Shown: in pieces, positions 8,803 to 18,897 of the stretch
Numbering within the stretch: the first letter of the stretch is position 1
Layout: each line of letters starts with the position of its first letter
Source: Actinomycetota bacterium
GTDB taxonomy: Bacteria; Actinomycetota; Acidimicrobiia; Spongiisociales; ZC4RG35
DNA length: 56,876 nt
Assembly (NCBI GenBank): GCA_034658975.1
Contig: JAYEGJ010000130.1
Location: 1 to 56,876, forward strand
Direction of reading: 5' to 3'
Notes under the pieces: model-generated
Told to the model about the DNA's origin: nothing
Databases searched by the model: none
Seen by the model: the letters and a program-made list of their open reading frames with translations, nothing else
Made by a program: the position numbers and the translations under genes

Positions 8803-9680
8803 TGGCCCATCTCGAAACCGGCGAGGTTCTCCAGCGCCTTGACCAGGGCGTGGTTGCCGTCTGACCCGAGCCCACGCGCCTGGAGTGACCTGTAGAGCTG
8901 GAAGGCGAGGGCCATTCCGGGCAGTGGCACGCCGAGATCATCGGCAGCGTCGAGAACCAGTCTCACGTCCTTCTGCTGGAGATCGATCGTGAACCCGGGT
9001 GCCCAATCACGCTTGATCATTTGCGGTCCGCGGTTGGACAGCATCCACGAGCCTGCTGCACCGCCTTCGACGGCCGCCAGCGTCTTGTTGAGATCGAGGC
9101 CGGCGGCATCGGCGAGAAGAAGAGCCTCCGAGACCGCCAATTGGTTCAAGACAACCAACACCTGGTTGACGGCCTTGACCATCTGACCCGATCCCGGCTC
9201 GTCGCCAACATGCACGATCGACTTCGAGTACGACTCCATGAACGGCTGCGCTTGTTCGAGTGCTTCGGGGTGGCCGCCGACCATGACTGCCAGAGTCCCG
9301 TTGACCGCTCCCTCCGAACCACCAGAGACCGGTGCGTCCAGCCATTCGATGCCCAACTCGGCGGCCCTGGTGGCGTAGTCCTTGGTCGCACCAGGCGAGA
9401 TCGTCGAGTGGTCGACCAGGATGTCACCGTCGGTCATCCCGTGGATCACCCCAAAGTCGCCGAAGACGACCTCTTCAACATCGGCCGTGTCCGACACGCA
9501 CACGAAGACGATGTCGCTTGCGGGGCCCACCTCCCGTGCGGTCGAGACGACAGAAGCGTTCAAGTCGTCGGCCTTGGAGACCGTCCGATTCCAAACGGTT
9601 AGCGGGTGGCCGGCCTCGATCAGATTGGCTGCCATCCCGTGGCCCATGATTCCGAGACCGACGTATCCGAGTCTTGTCAT
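8799..9680 (-). CDS. Beta-hydroxyacid dehydrogenase (3-hydroxyisobutyrate/tartronate semialdehyde reductase family)
   Basis: GLGIMG Rossmann motif, DAPVSGG, KAVNQ, GF...KD; start after TATGGT-N8. Confidence 0.9.
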   Translation of the reverse strand: MTRLGYVGLGIMGHGMAANLIEAGHPLTVWNRTVSKADDLNASVVSTAREVGPASDIVFVCVSDTADVEEVVFGDFGVIHGMTDGDILVDHSTISPGATKDYATRAAELGIEWLDAPVSGGSEGAVNGTLAVMVGGHPEALEQAQPFMESYSKSIVHVGDEPGSGQMVKAVNQVLVVLNQLAVSEALLLADAAGLDLNKTLAAVEGGAAGSWMLSNRGPQMIKRDWAPGFTIDLQQKDVRLVLDAADDLGVPLPGMALAFQLYRSLQARGLGSDGNHALVKALENLAGFEMGH

Positions 9681-9715
9681 GACGCAGCACCATAGATACC
9701 TGCTAAACCCGCGGT

Positions 9716-10936
9716 ATGCCGCACGACCGACTCGACAAAACGCTGGCTGATGAACTTCACACACTGACCGAGAGCGGAACGGCCAAGGGAGTCGAAGCCG
9801 TCATCACCGATGTCCTCCCGCCGCGTAGAGGGCTGGGACCGCGCTACCGGCTCTCGGGCTCCGACCGCGAGTTCCTGAGGATGAATTCCAACAGCTATCT
9901 GGGGCTGTCGCATCACCCGTCCGTTGTCGACGCCGAGGAGGCTGCAACCCGCCGGTTCGGTGCCGGTCCGGGCGCGGTTCGCTTCATTTCGGGCACTCAT
10001 CAGACCCACGTCGACCTCGAGAGACGATTGGCCGAGTTCCACGGGCGTGAGGCATCCGTCGTCTACTCGTCTGCCTACGCAGCAGTGGTCTCGACCATCG
10101 GCGCGTTGGTGACCTCCGAGACGGCGGTCCTTAGCGACGAGTTGAACCACAACTGCATCATCAATGGGGTCCGAATGAGTCGTCCCGCCAGCCGTGGGGT
10201 TTACCCCCACCTCGACATGCATGCGCTCGATCAGGCGCTGGCCGAACTCTCCGGGAGTGCCGAACGAGTCGTGGTCATCACCGACGGTGTCTTCTCCATG
10301 AGGGGGGATTTCGTTGACCTCGGGGCGCTCACCGACGTCGTGGCCAAGCACGACGCTGCCTTCCCCGACAATGTCGTGGTCGTTGTGGACGACTCCCACG
10401 GGGTGGGTGCCTACGGGACAACGGGGAGAGGCACCGAGGAGATGACCTCCGGGTCGGCCGACGTGTTGATCGGAACGCTGGGCAAGGCGTTCGGTGTCAA
10501 CGGCGGTTATGTGACCGGGTCGGCCACGTTGGTCGAGTTCCTTAGAGAAAAGGGCCCGATGTACATCTACTCGAACCCGATCACGGCGGGCGAGGCCGCC
10601 GCAGCCGAGATGTCGGTCTCCATCCTCGACTCGCCCGAAGGCGACGAGATGCTCGGCCACCTCCGTGAGATGACCGAGCGGTTCGAGTCGGGTGTCGTGT
10701 CTGCAGGTTTCGAGACGATTCCCGGACCACATCCGGTGGTGCCCCTGATGGTTCGTGACACCGACCGGACCAGTGCACTGGTCCGGCACCTATTCGACAA
10801 TGGCGTCCTCGCCACGGGCCTCAATTTCCCGGTCGTTCCCAAGGGCGATGAGGAGATCCGTTTCCAGGTCAACGCCGATCACACTCCGGCCGACATCGAC
10901 TACGTGGTCGGTGTCCTGGAGAGCTTCGCCGGCTGA
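9716..10936 (+). CDS. kbl: 2-amino-3-ketobutyrate CoA ligase / class II PLP acyltransferase
   Basis: NSYLGL, GAVRFISGT, SDELNHNCII, TDGVFSMRG, DDSHG, TLGKAFG, FPVVPKG..IRFQ. Confidence 0.8.
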   Translation: MPHDRLDKTLADELHTLTESGTAKGVEAVITDVLPPRRGLGPRYRLSGSDREFLRMNSNSYLGLSHHPSVVDAEEAATRRFGAGPGAVRFISGTHQTHVDLERRLAEFHGREASVVYSSAYAAVVSTIGALVTSETAVLSDELNHNCIINGVRMSRPASRGVYPHLDMHALDQALAELSGSAERVVVITDGVFSMRGDFVDLGALTDVVAKHDAAFPDNVVVVVDDSHGVGAYGTTGRGTEEMTSGSADVLIGTLGKAFGVNGGYVTGSATLVEFLREKGPMYIYSNPITAGEAAAAEMSVSILDSPEGDEMLGHLREMTERFESGVVSAGFETIPGPHPVVPLMVRDTDRTSALVRHLFDNGVLATGLNFPVVPKGDEEIRFQVNADHTPADIDYVVGVLESFAG

Positions 10937-10944
10937 CGGCGCTC

Positions 10945-12894
10945 CTACCCCTCCTCGACCACCACCAGGATCGCGTCGGCCTCGACCTGATCCTCTGCAT
11001 CGTGTCGAACAGCAGTCACGGTGCCGGTGTGTGGTGATCGGAGAGTGTGCTCCATCTTCATCGCCTCCAGGACGACGAGCACCTGGCCCTCGGTCACGGC
11101 ATCGCCTTCGGCCACGTCCACCCGGATCACCTTCCCCGGCATGGGGGCGTGGAGTGATCCGGCATCCTCGTCACGATCGATGAGCGGGAAGCGCGGAACC
11201 TCGGTCAGGAGTGCCGGTCCGCTCTCTCCATCAACCCAGCGGTCAGGCCCATATCGGGCGACGGCAGCCCGGTGGGGCTCCCCTTCGATGGAGAACTCGA
11301 CCCGATCGGCGTCTCCGCCGAGGAATACCACATGGCCCAATCCTTCGGCATCGAACCCGGAAGGATCGGTGCTGTAGACAACGGCATAGGTGCCGTGGTG
11401 CCCGGCGTAGGCGCGATGCTGGAGTTGAGAGAGGGAGTTTCGCCAGCCGGAGGGAAGGCTGGTGAGCACAGGGGTGCCGGATCGAGCCTCGATTTGATCG
11501 GCGAGCGCGGCGGCGATGGCGGCAATCAGCTCGTCCGCCGCCCCGGCCAGGGGGCGTCCCAACTTCGAAACTTCGTTTCGCTCCAGGAAGTGGGTGTCGG
11601 TCTGGCCCGCGGTGAATTCGGGGTGCTCCAGCGTCCTGACCAGAAGCGCTCGATTGGTCGTTGAGCCATGGATACGACCGTGCCGAAGGGCCGAGGCGAG
11701 CTTGGCGGCCGCTCCCTCCCGGGTGGGGGCGTGGGCGATGACCTTGGCGATCATCGGGTCATAGTGCACCGACACTTCGGATCCGGACTCGATTCCGGAA
11801 TCCACCCTCAGACCGCTCTCCTCCTCGAACTCGAAACGGTGGAACCTGCCGATGACCGGGAGAAAGCCATTGAGCGGATCCTCGGCATAGAGGCGTGCCT
11901 CGATGGCATGACCGTCGAGGGCCGCTGGTTCCGTCGGAAGGTGTGCACCATCGGCGACCTCTATCTGGAGACGAACCAGATCGAGGCCGGTGACCATCTC
12001 GGTGACCGGATGCTCCACCTGAAGTCGGGTGTTCATCTCGAGGAAGAAGAAGTGGTTGTCCTGATACAGGAACTCAACGGTCCCGGCGCCGACGTAGTCG
12101 ACCGCCATTGCGGCTTTGATGGCTGCATCGCTCATGGCGGAGCGGGTGTCGTCGTCGAGGATTGGAGAAGGCGACTCTTCGATGATCTTCTGGTGGCGCC
12201 GCTGGATCGAGCACTCCCGCTCGCCTAGCGAAATGACGTTGCCGTGCTGATCTCCGAACACCTGGATCTCGATGTGTCGGGGCGCCTCCAGGTACTTCTC
12301 CAGGAACACCGTGTCGTCCCCAAAGGCCCCCGCCGCTTCGCGCTTGGCGCTTTCGATGGCATCGAGAAGCTCATCGGGACCACCCACGATCCGCATGCCC
12401 TTTCCACCGCCTCCGGCCGACGCCTTGACGAGAACCGGGAAGCCGATGCTCATCGCGGCGTCCTCGACTGATGGAAGTCCTTCCAATTCGAGGCTCGGCA
12501 GAGCCGGGACACCCACGGATTGAATCAGCTTCTTTGACTCGAGCTTCGAGCCCATGATCTCAATCGACTCAGGAGACGGGCCGATCCAGATCAGCCCGGC
12601 CTCCACTACGGACCGTGCGAATCCGGCGTTCTCCGACAGGAACCCGTACCCGGGATGGACTGCGTCGGCTCCGGTTTCCTTCGCCGCCGCCAGGATGCGG
12701 TCGATGTTCAGGTAGGTGTCGGTTGGTGACTCACCCGGGAGTCGCACCGCCTCATCGGCGTCTCCGGTATGCGGCGCGGTGGCGTCGGGGTCGGAGAAAA
12801 CCGCCACTGTGGCGATTCCGAGTTGGTGACAGGTCCGAAACACCCGACGGGCGATCTCACCTCTGTTGGCAGCGAGAACCTTCTGGATTGCCAT
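10945..12894 (-). CDS. Acyl-CoA carboxylase alpha subunit (biotin carboxylase + BCCP)
   Basis: ANRGEIA, HPGYGFLSEN, GGGGKGMR, EMNTRLQVEHPVTE, EAMKME biotin site. Confidence 0.95.
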   Translation of the reverse strand: MAIQKVLAANRGEIARRVFRTCHQLGIATVAVFSDPDATAPHTGDADEAVRLPGESPTDTYLNIDRILAAAKETGADAVHPGYGFLSENAGFARSVVEAGLIWIGPSPESIEIMGSKLESKKLIQSVGVPALPSLELEGLPSVEDAAMSIGFPVLVKASAGGGGKGMRIVGGPDELLDAIESAKREAAGAFGDDTVFLEKYLEAPRHIEIQVFGDQHGNVISLGERECSIQRRHQKIIEESPSPILDDDTRSAMSDAAIKAAMAVDYVGAGTVEFLYQDNHFFFLEMNTRLQVEHPVTEMVTGLDLVRLQIEVADGAHLPTEPAALDGHAIEARLYAEDPLNGFLPVIGRFHRFEFEEESGLRVDSGIESGSEVSVHYDPMIAKVIAHAPTREGAAAKLASALRHGRIHGSTTNRALLVRTLEHPEFTAGQTDTHFLERNEVSKLGRPLAGAADELIAAIAAALADQIEARSGTPVLTSLPSGWRNSLSQLQHRAYAGHHGTYAVVYSTDPSGFDAEGLGHVVFLGGDADRVEFSIEGEPHRAAVARYGPDRWVDGESGPALLTEVPRFPLIDRDEDAGSLHAPMPGKVIRVDVAEGDAVTEGQVLVVLEAMKMEHTLRSPHTGTVTAVRHDAEDQVEADAILVVVEEG

Positions 12895-14492
12895 TACATC
12901 CTGAAGACGCCGAACCGGTCCGTGCCCTCGACCGGTGCGGAGTGGATCGCAGAAAGCGCTATCCCAAGCACCGATCTCGTGTCTCGCGGATCGACCAAGC
13001 CGTCGTCGCGCACCCGGGCCGTGGAGTAGAAGGCCGTCTCGGACTCCTCCATCATCGCCATGAGTTCGGCGTTCCTCGCTTCGTTGGCATCCTCATCGAA
13101 CTCGACACCATGCGACTCGGCCGACTGGCGCGCAACAATCGACATCACTCCAGCGAGCTGCTTCGGGCCCATCACCGCCACCTTGTGGTTCGGGTAGCCG
13201 AAGACGAAGCGCGGCTCGTAGGACCTCCCCGACATTCCGTAGTTACCGGCCCCGTAGGACACGCCGGCCATCAGTGAGATGTGAGGGACCTCGGAGTTGG
13301 CGACGGCGTTGACCATCTTCGCCCCGTCCTTGATGATCCCCCGCTGCTCGTACTCCTTGCCGACCATGTAGCCGGTGGTGTTGTGGATGAAGATGATCGG
13401 TGTGTCGTAGCGGTTGCAGAGTTGGATGAACTCGGTGGACTTCTGGGCTTCCTCGGAGAAGATCACACCTTGCTGATTCGCCACCACCCCAACCGGATAA
13501 CCGTGGATCGATCCCCAACCGTTGAGGATGGAGGTTCCGTACACGGCCTTGTACTCCTCGAAGCGTGATCCGTCGAGGACCCGAGCAGCGATCTCTCGCA
13601 TGTCGAACGGGATTCGAAGATCGGCCGGGATCACCCCGAGGATGTCGTCGATGTCGTGGGCCGGCTCGTCTGACGGTTTCGTCGGCCCATAGCCCTGCTT
13701 GCGCCAGTTGAAGTGCCCGACGATCTCGCGTCCGATCCGGATCGCCTCGTGTTCGGTCTGGGCGAAGTAGTCGGACAGGCCCGACACCTTCGAGTGCATC
13801 TCGGCGCCGCCGAGTTCCTCGTCGGTCGATTCCTCGCCGGTGGCCATCTTCACGAGAGGGGGGCCGCCGAGAAACACCTTTGCCTGATCCTTGACCATCA
13901 CGGCGTAGTCGCACATCGCCGGGAAGTAGGCGCCGCCGGCGGTGGAGCTTCCGAAGACGAGGGCGACGGTCGGCACCCCCATCTTGGAGAGCCGCGTCAG
14001 GTTCCGAAACCACTTGCCACCAACGAGGAAGACCTCCGCCTGGTCGGGAAGGTCCGCCCCTCCGGACTCGACGAGGGTTAGCAAGGGGAGTCGGTTCTCC
14101 ATCGCGATGTCCATGACGCGCAAGGACTTCGCCAGGGAAAAGCGGTTGAAGACGCCGGCCTGGCTTGTCGGGTCGTTGGCCATGATGGCGCACTCGACCC
14201 CGTTCACGACGCCGATGCCGGTGACGACGTTGGCGCCGAGTGGCTTGTCGGTTCCCCAAGCCGCCAGTGTCGACAACTCGAGGAACGGGGAGTCGCGATC
14301 AAGGAGCAGCTCGATCCGCTCTCTGGCCAGAAGCTTGCCCCGGTCACGGTGACGCTGGATGTACTTCTCGCCGCCACCGAGGCGAGCCTGCTCCTGGAGT
14401 TGGGAGAACTCGTCGAGCTTGGCCTCCATTGCCGTGCGATTGGCCAGGTACTCCTCGGAGCGCGTGTCGATACGCGTGCCTAAAACCTGCAT
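12894..14492 (-). CDS. Acyl-CoA carboxylase beta (carboxyltransferase) subunit, methylcrotonyl/geranyl-CoA type
   Basis: RERIELLLD, ESGGADL, TAGGAY, LGGPPLVKMATGE, GAGNYGM, FGVFRM C-terminus. Confidence 0.95.
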   Translation of the reverse strand: MQVLGTRIDTRSEEYLANRTAMEAKLDEFSQLQEQARLGGGEKYIQRHRDRGKLLARERIELLLDRDSPFLELSTLAAWGTDKPLGANVVTGIGVVNGVECAIMANDPTSQAGVFNRFSLAKSLRVMDIAMENRLPLLTLVESGGADLPDQAEVFLVGGKWFRNLTRLSKMGVPTVALVFGSSTAGGAYFPAMCDYAVMVKDQAKVFLGGPPLVKMATGEESTDEELGGAEMHSKVSGLSDYFAQTEHEAIRIGREIVGHFNWRKQGYGPTKPSDEPAHDIDDILGVIPADLRIPFDMREIAARVLDGSRFEEYKAVYGTSILNGWGSIHGYPVGVVANQQGVIFSEEAQKSTEFIQLCNRYDTPIIFIHNTTGYMVGKEYEQRGIIKDGAKMVNAVANSEVPHISLMAGVSYGAGNYGMSGRSYEPRFVFGYPNHKVAVMGPKQLAGVMSIVARQSAESHGVEFDEDANEARNAELMAMMEESETAFYSTARVRDDGLVDPRDTRSVLGIALSAIHSAPVEGTDRFGVFRM

Positions 14493-14559
14493 GGTTGCGG
14501 AGAGTAGTTAGGAATGTGCCGAGTGATGCTGTTGTTCAGATCGGCGGCCCGGCGCTAGA

Positions 14560-14871
14560 TCAGCCGTCGTGTACGGCCGACTCCTGGAAGGGCTCGATCA
14601 TGATGCATTCGCCGGGGCACTCCTCGGCGGACTCGATCACGTCGTCGATGAGGGCGTCTGGAACACGGGCAATGCCGCGGGCGCCATCGGGTGCATCTTC
14701 GCCGTCGAATACGACGGTGTTTCCGAAGTGCTTGGACTCCTCTTTGACGATCCAGAGCCCATCATCGCGTCCTTGGAACACGTCGGGCGTGATCTCCTCA
14801 CAGATGCCATCACCGGTGCAGAGATCCTGATCGATCCAAACCATCAACTTCGTCGCGTCGGCCATGGCCAC
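14560..14871 (-). CDS. Single-cluster ferredoxin (CxxDxxC...CP)
   Basis: VWIDQDLCTGDGICEEI ... AEECPGECI; start is 14871 (GTG) or 14865 (ATG). Confidence 0.9.
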   Translation of the reverse strand: MAMADATKLMVWIDQDLCTGDGICEEITPDVFQGRDDGLWIVKEESKHFGNTVVFDGEDAPDGARGIARVPDALIDDVIESAEECPGECIMIEPFQESAVHDG

Positions 14872-14920
14872 ACGTTAAATAGTTTGTCGGCGTCTGCTCA
14901 ACTCCTGGCACAATCGGCTC

Positions 14921-15370
14921 ATGGAACAAGTACTCGAGAGACTTCAGGGTTTGGTTGGCACCGAGACTGGCGTCAGCGATTGGATGGAGATCAGCCAGGA
15001 GCGTGTCAACGCCTTCGCCGATGCCACCGAGGACCACCAGTTCATTCATGTCGATGAGGAGATGGCCAAGCAAACGCCGTTTGGAGGAACCATCGCTCAT
15101 GGGTTCCTGACCCTGTCTTTGAGCGTTGCGCTCGGCGCCGACGTACCGCTCGATGTCGGGAATTTCAAGATGGCCATCAACTACGGCCTGGACAAGGTGC
15201 GTTTCCCGGCCCCGGTGCCGGTTGGCTCGAGGATCCGCCAGCGGGTTTCGCTGACCGGTGTCGAGGCCGTTCCCGGCGGCATCCACGTGGTCCAGACCAT
15301 GACCACCGAGATCGAAGGCCAGGAGAAGCCCGCAATGGTCGCCGAGCGCCTCACCCGCCTCTACTACTAA
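14921..15370 (+). CDS. MaoC-family (R)-specific enoyl-CoA hydratase/dehydratase
   Basis: FADATEDHQFIH, PFGGTIAHGFLTLSL, NYGLDKVRFPAPV. Confidence 0.92.
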   Translation: MEQVLERLQGLVGTETGVSDWMEISQERVNAFADATEDHQFIHVDEEMAKQTPFGGTIAHGFLTLSLSVALGADVPLDVGNFKMAINYGLDKVRFPAPVPVGSRIRQRVSLTGVEAVPGGIHVVQTMTTEIEGQEKPAMVAERLTRLYY

Positions 15371-15371
15371 A

Positions 15372-15425
15372 CGCGTTCCTAATGCTGTGCGTTCGGTATA
15401 CCGAACGTGCGCCGCGCGGAACGCG
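15372..15425. repeat. Long imperfect palindrome between convergent genes (REP-like or terminator)
   Basis: CGCGTTCC...GGAACGCG outer arms around a perfect 18-bp palindrome CGTTCGGTATACCGAACG (15390-15407). Confidence 0.7.
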
Positions 15426-15442
15426 ATTCCACGGGTTCAGCG

Positions 15443-16141
15443 CTATGACAGCGATCGGCCCCCACCCACCACCACCACGTGGCCGGTGATGTAGGAGGAG
15501 AGCGGGGTCAGCAGGAACCAGACGACGTTGGCGATCTCGTCTGGGGTCCCCATGCGGTCGAGCGGGATGGCCGAGACCATCTTGTCCAGAACATCTTCGG
15601 GGATCGCCATCGCCATCTCAGTGCCGATCAGCCCCGGCGCGATGGCGTTGACCCTCACGTGCGGCGCCAGTGAGAGGGCCATCGCCCGGGTGAGACCAAC
15701 TACTCCGCCCTTGGACATCGAATAGTTGTACTGGCCGAAGTTCCCGAGATAGGCCCTCGAGGCGATGTTGACGATGGAGCCTCCTTCGGTGATCAGCGGT
15801 GCCAGTTCCGTCGACAGGCGATAGGCGGCACCGAGATTGACGTCGAGAACGGCGGCGAAGTCGTCGTCCGTCATGTTGACGAGACGCGAGTCCCGCGTGA
15901 TGCCGGCGTTGTTCACCACGCCCAGAAGGGGGACACCCAGGCCCTCGACCGTCTCTTTCACATCGGCGAGGCCATCGTCGGTCGTCAGGTCGACCTGAAC
16001 TGGAGTGAGGTATTCGGAAAGGGCCAACTCGGGAGACAGGTCGACGCCGACCACCGTGAAAGACGGGTTTGCCGCCAGCCTTTCGGCGATAGACCGCCCG
16101 ATGCCGCGGGCCGCCCCGGTGACGACGATCGAACCGTTCAT
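15443..16141 (-). CDS. Short-chain dehydrogenase/reductase (3-oxoacyl reductase-like)
   Basis: TGAARGIG, NNAGITRD, YSMSK (YxxxK), VNAIAPG; ATGA overlap with the upstream gene. Confidence 0.92.
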   Translation of the reverse strand: MNGSIVVTGAARGIGRSIAERLAANPSFTVVGVDLSPELALSEYLTPVQVDLTTDDGLADVKETVEGLGVPLLGVVNNAGITRDSRLVNMTDDDFAAVLDVNLGAAYRLSTELAPLITEGGSIVNIASRAYLGNFGQYNYSMSKGGVVGLTRAMALSLAPHVRVNAIAPGLIGTEMAMAIPEDVLDKMVSAIPLDRMGTPDEIANVVWFLLTPLSSYITGHVVVVGGGRSLS

Positions 16142-16509
16142 GGGAGTGCCTTTCCGACATGGCTCGACCCCAGGTGAATCAGTTCTCCAGTAACCCCAGT
16201 TGAGTCGAGCATCCATTCGGCCCACTTCTCGACATCCTCACGTGAAGCCTCGTCGTCGAAAGCAATCACATTGGCGGTCCAACCCTTGCGGGAGCCCTCG
16301 ATGGCGGCCGTGCGTGCCGCAGACAGCAGGCCCGTCGCGATCATGGCGTTGCCCGAGCCGCGGCGACCAAGGAGGTCGTCGTTGTGCAGGACGTAGACAA
16401 AAGACTCCTCGTTCTGAGCGGCTGTTCGGCTCATCTGGAAGGCGCGCTCGAGTTCGCTTCGGACCTCGTCCCAGCCGTCTCCCACTTCTCGGGCCCAGTG
16501 GATGTTCAC
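16138..16509 (-). CDS. Small SDR-like, catalytically degenerate protein
   Basis: GLLSAARTAAIEG..GWTANVI and GVTGELI echo the C-terminal half of SDRs; no TGxxxGxG or YxxxK; overlaps both neighbours. Confidence 0.65.
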   Translation of the reverse strand: MNIHWAREVGDGWDEVRSELERAFQMSRTAAQNEESFVYVLHNDDLLGRRGSGNAMIATGLLSAARTAAIEGSRKGWTANVIAFDDEASREDVEKWAEWMLDSTGVTGELIHLGSSHVGKALP

Positions 16510-17687
16510 GCCACCACCGCGGTGCCTTCGGCGATCATCTTGTCGATCGTCGCAGGGTCGACGCCGAGTTCCCCAAGCACGCTGCGGGTGTCCTGTCCCA
16601 AAACCGGCGGGAGAGAGTCGGCACGCGCCGGGGCCCCGTCGATCCTGATGGGTGAGCCGGTCGACCTAACGTGGCCGGCGACGGGGTGATCGAACTCGTA
16701 GAGCATTTCATGGTGGCGGGCCTGGGGGTCGTCGAACGCCTCGGCAAGGGTGAGAACCCGCCCGATCGGAAGACCGGCTTGACCGAGGAGGTCGATCCAG
16801 TACTCGGCTTTATCCTTCTTGAAGACGAGGTTCAGCTTCCGGGTCAGCGAGTCGCGGCTCTCCATCCGGGCCTCGTTGGTGGAGAAGTCGTCGACGAGGT
16901 CCTGACGCTCGAGGGCGTCGGCGAGGAGAGCGAAATGCCGATCGGAGACGATGGCGAGGGTGAAGGGCCCGTCGGCCGCCTTGAAGACCTGATTCGGTGC
17001 CAGGAACGGGCTCGCAGTTCCGGTTCTCTCCGGTTGTGAGTGCGTGACGAACCCGATGGCGTTCCACCCGGATTGGACAGCCATCAGCCCATCGCGAAGG
17101 GAAACGTCGATACGCTGGCCCGATCGGGGCGACTCCGCTAGTGCTGCCGTGATTGCCAGCGCCGTGTTGGTGGCCGCCACGTAGTCGCCGATGGTTGTCG
17201 CCGTCTTCCGTGGTCCGTCGCCTGGGTCTCCGGTGATCGAGATCATTCCCGACTCACCCTGGAAGATGACGTCGATTCCCGCTCTCTTCGCATAGGGCCC
17301 TGACGACCCGAAAGCAGACACGATTGCGTAGATGACTGACGGGTTCAGGTCACGGCATCGTTCTTCGCTGAGTCCGAGGCGGTCCATGGCGCCAAAGCGA
17401 AGGTTGTGAAGCACCACGTCGGCCTTCTTGATCAGATTGTCCAGGACCCGTTTCGACACCCAGTCCTTGGTGTCGAGGGCGAGGGACTCCTTCCCGCGGT
17501 TCACAGCCATGAAGAAGGCGGACTCGCCGTTCTGGAATGGTCCGAACTGACGACCAAGATCCCCGGTCGGTGGTTCGACCTTGATGACGCGAGCTCCGAG
17601 ATCGGCCAGGAGCATTCCGGCGTAGGGCCCGGCGATCAGGTTGCCGAACTCAACGACAACCACGCCGTTGAGTGGCCCCTTAGACAC
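16506..17687 (-). CDS. CoA-transferase family III (CaiB/BaiF)
   Basis: GPL.GV.VVEF, AGPYAGMLLADLGARVIKVEPP.GD, NRGKES, PPVLGQDT; GTG start overlaps the thiolase end. Confidence 0.93.
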   Translation of the reverse strand: MSKGPLNGVVVVEFGNLIAGPYAGMLLADLGARVIKVEPPTGDLGRQFGPFQNGESAFFMAVNRGKESLALDTKDWVSKRVLDNLIKKADVVLHNLRFGAMDRLGLSEERCRDLNPSVIYAIVSAFGSSGPYAKRAGIDVIFQGESGMISITGDPGDGPRKTATTIGDYVAATNTALAITAALAESPRSGQRIDVSLRDGLMAVQSGWNAIGFVTHSQPERTGTASPFLAPNQVFKAADGPFTLAIVSDRHFALLADALERQDLVDDFSTNEARMESRDSLTRKLNLVFKKDKAEYWIDLLGQAGLPIGRVLTLAEAFDDPQARHHEMLYEFDHPVAGHVRSTGSPIRIDGAPARADSLPPVLGQDTRSVLGELGVDPATIDKMIAEGTAVVA

Positions 17688-18897
17688 GCTCGGCACTTTC
17701 GATGACCATGCTGATTCCCTGGCCAACGCCGATGCACATGGTCGCAAGACCGTGCTTTCCTTGCCGCCGCGTCAGCTCGTGGACCAGGGTCACCAGTATT
17801 CGAGCCCCGGAGGCTCCCAGCGGATGCCCGATCGCAATGGCTCCGCCATTGACATTGACCTTTTCGGGGTCGAGGTCGAGCAGCCGGATGCTGGCGACGC
17901 TCTGCGAGGCGAAGGCCTCGTTTATCTCGGTCAGGTCGAGATCGCCCACCCCCAGGCCCGCTCGCTGGAGCGCCTTTTTCGTAGCAGGTACCGGTCCGAT
18001 ACCCATCTCATTGGGATGGACGCCTGCGGCACCGGACGACACGATCCGCGCCATCGGTGTCAGCCCGTGATCCGACAGGCCCTTCTCTGTCGCCAACAAG
18101 AGAGCCGCAGATCCATCGTTCATCGGTGAGGAGTTGCCTGCGGTCACTGAACCCTCCGCCTTGAATACCGACGGCAGCTTGGCGAGCTTCTCCATCGAAG
18201 TGTCGGGACGCGGTCCCTCGTCGGTTTGGATTAGCTCGCTGGTGCGGCGGCGAACGTCGGTCGGTGCCTCGATGGGCACTATCTCGTCATCGAATCGGCC
18301 GGCTGCCGTGGCCTCGAGGGCCAGTTGGTGGCTCCTCAGGGCGAGGGAATCCTGGTCTTCCCGGCTGACCTCGTACTTCTCGGCCACCACTTCCGCTGTC
18401 AATCCGAGGGTGATCGGCGGGTACAACTCCTCCATTCTCGAATTGACCAGGCGCCAGCCGAGAACGGTGTCGGCGGTCTTCGGAGTTCCGACCGGGAAGC
18501 CCTTCTCTGCTTTCAGCGTCACGTATGGGGCCCGACTCATCGATTCCGAACCGCCGGCAATCATCACCTCGCCCCAACCGTCCCGGAGTGCATGGGCTGC
18601 CGAAACCACGGCCTGCAACCCCGATCCACAGAGTCGATTGATGGTCACGCCACCGACTTCGATGGGAAGACCGGCGAGCAGGACGGCCATCCGCGCGACA
18701 TTGCGGTTGTCCTCTCCTGCCTGGTTGGCGGCGCCCCACTGCACATCCTCGATCGCCATCGGGTCGAGGTCCGGGTTGCGAGCCATGAGACCGGCGACCG
18801 AATGTGCAGCGAGGTCGTCGGGACGGACCAGTGCCAGTTGGCCTCCGAGCTTGCCCATGGGCGAGCGGCAGGCATCGACGATGAAGACATCACTCAT
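17680..18897 (-). CDS. Thiolase (acetyl-CoA C-acyltransferase, PcaF/PaaJ-like)
   Basis: NQAGEDNRNVARM, NRLCGSG, NEAFA, GHPLGASG, CIGVGQG. Confidence 0.95.
   Translation of the reverse strand: MSDVFIVDACRSPMGKLGGQLALVRPDDLAAHSVAGLMARNPDLDPMAIEDVQWGAANQAGEDNRNVARMAVLLAGLPIEVGGVTINRLCGSGLQAVVSAAHALRDGWGEVMIAGGSESMSRAPYVTLKAEKGFPVGTPKTADTVLGWRLVNSRMEELYPPITLGLTAEVVAEKYEVSREDQDSLALRSHQLALEATAAGRFDDEIVPIEAPTDVRRRTSELIQTDEGPRPDTSMEKLAKLPSVFKAEGSVTAGNSSPMNDGSAALLLATEKGLSDHGLTPMARIVSSGAAGVHPNEMGIGPVPATKKALQRAGLGVGDLDLTEINEAFASQSVASIRLLDLDPEKVNVNGGAIAIGHPLGASGARILVTLVHELTRRQGKHGLATMCIGVGQGISMVIESAERV

Noticed and set aside
14560-14871. Asp in place of the second Cys of the ferredoxin motif
   Set aside because: CxxDxxC single-cluster ferredoxins are a known variant.
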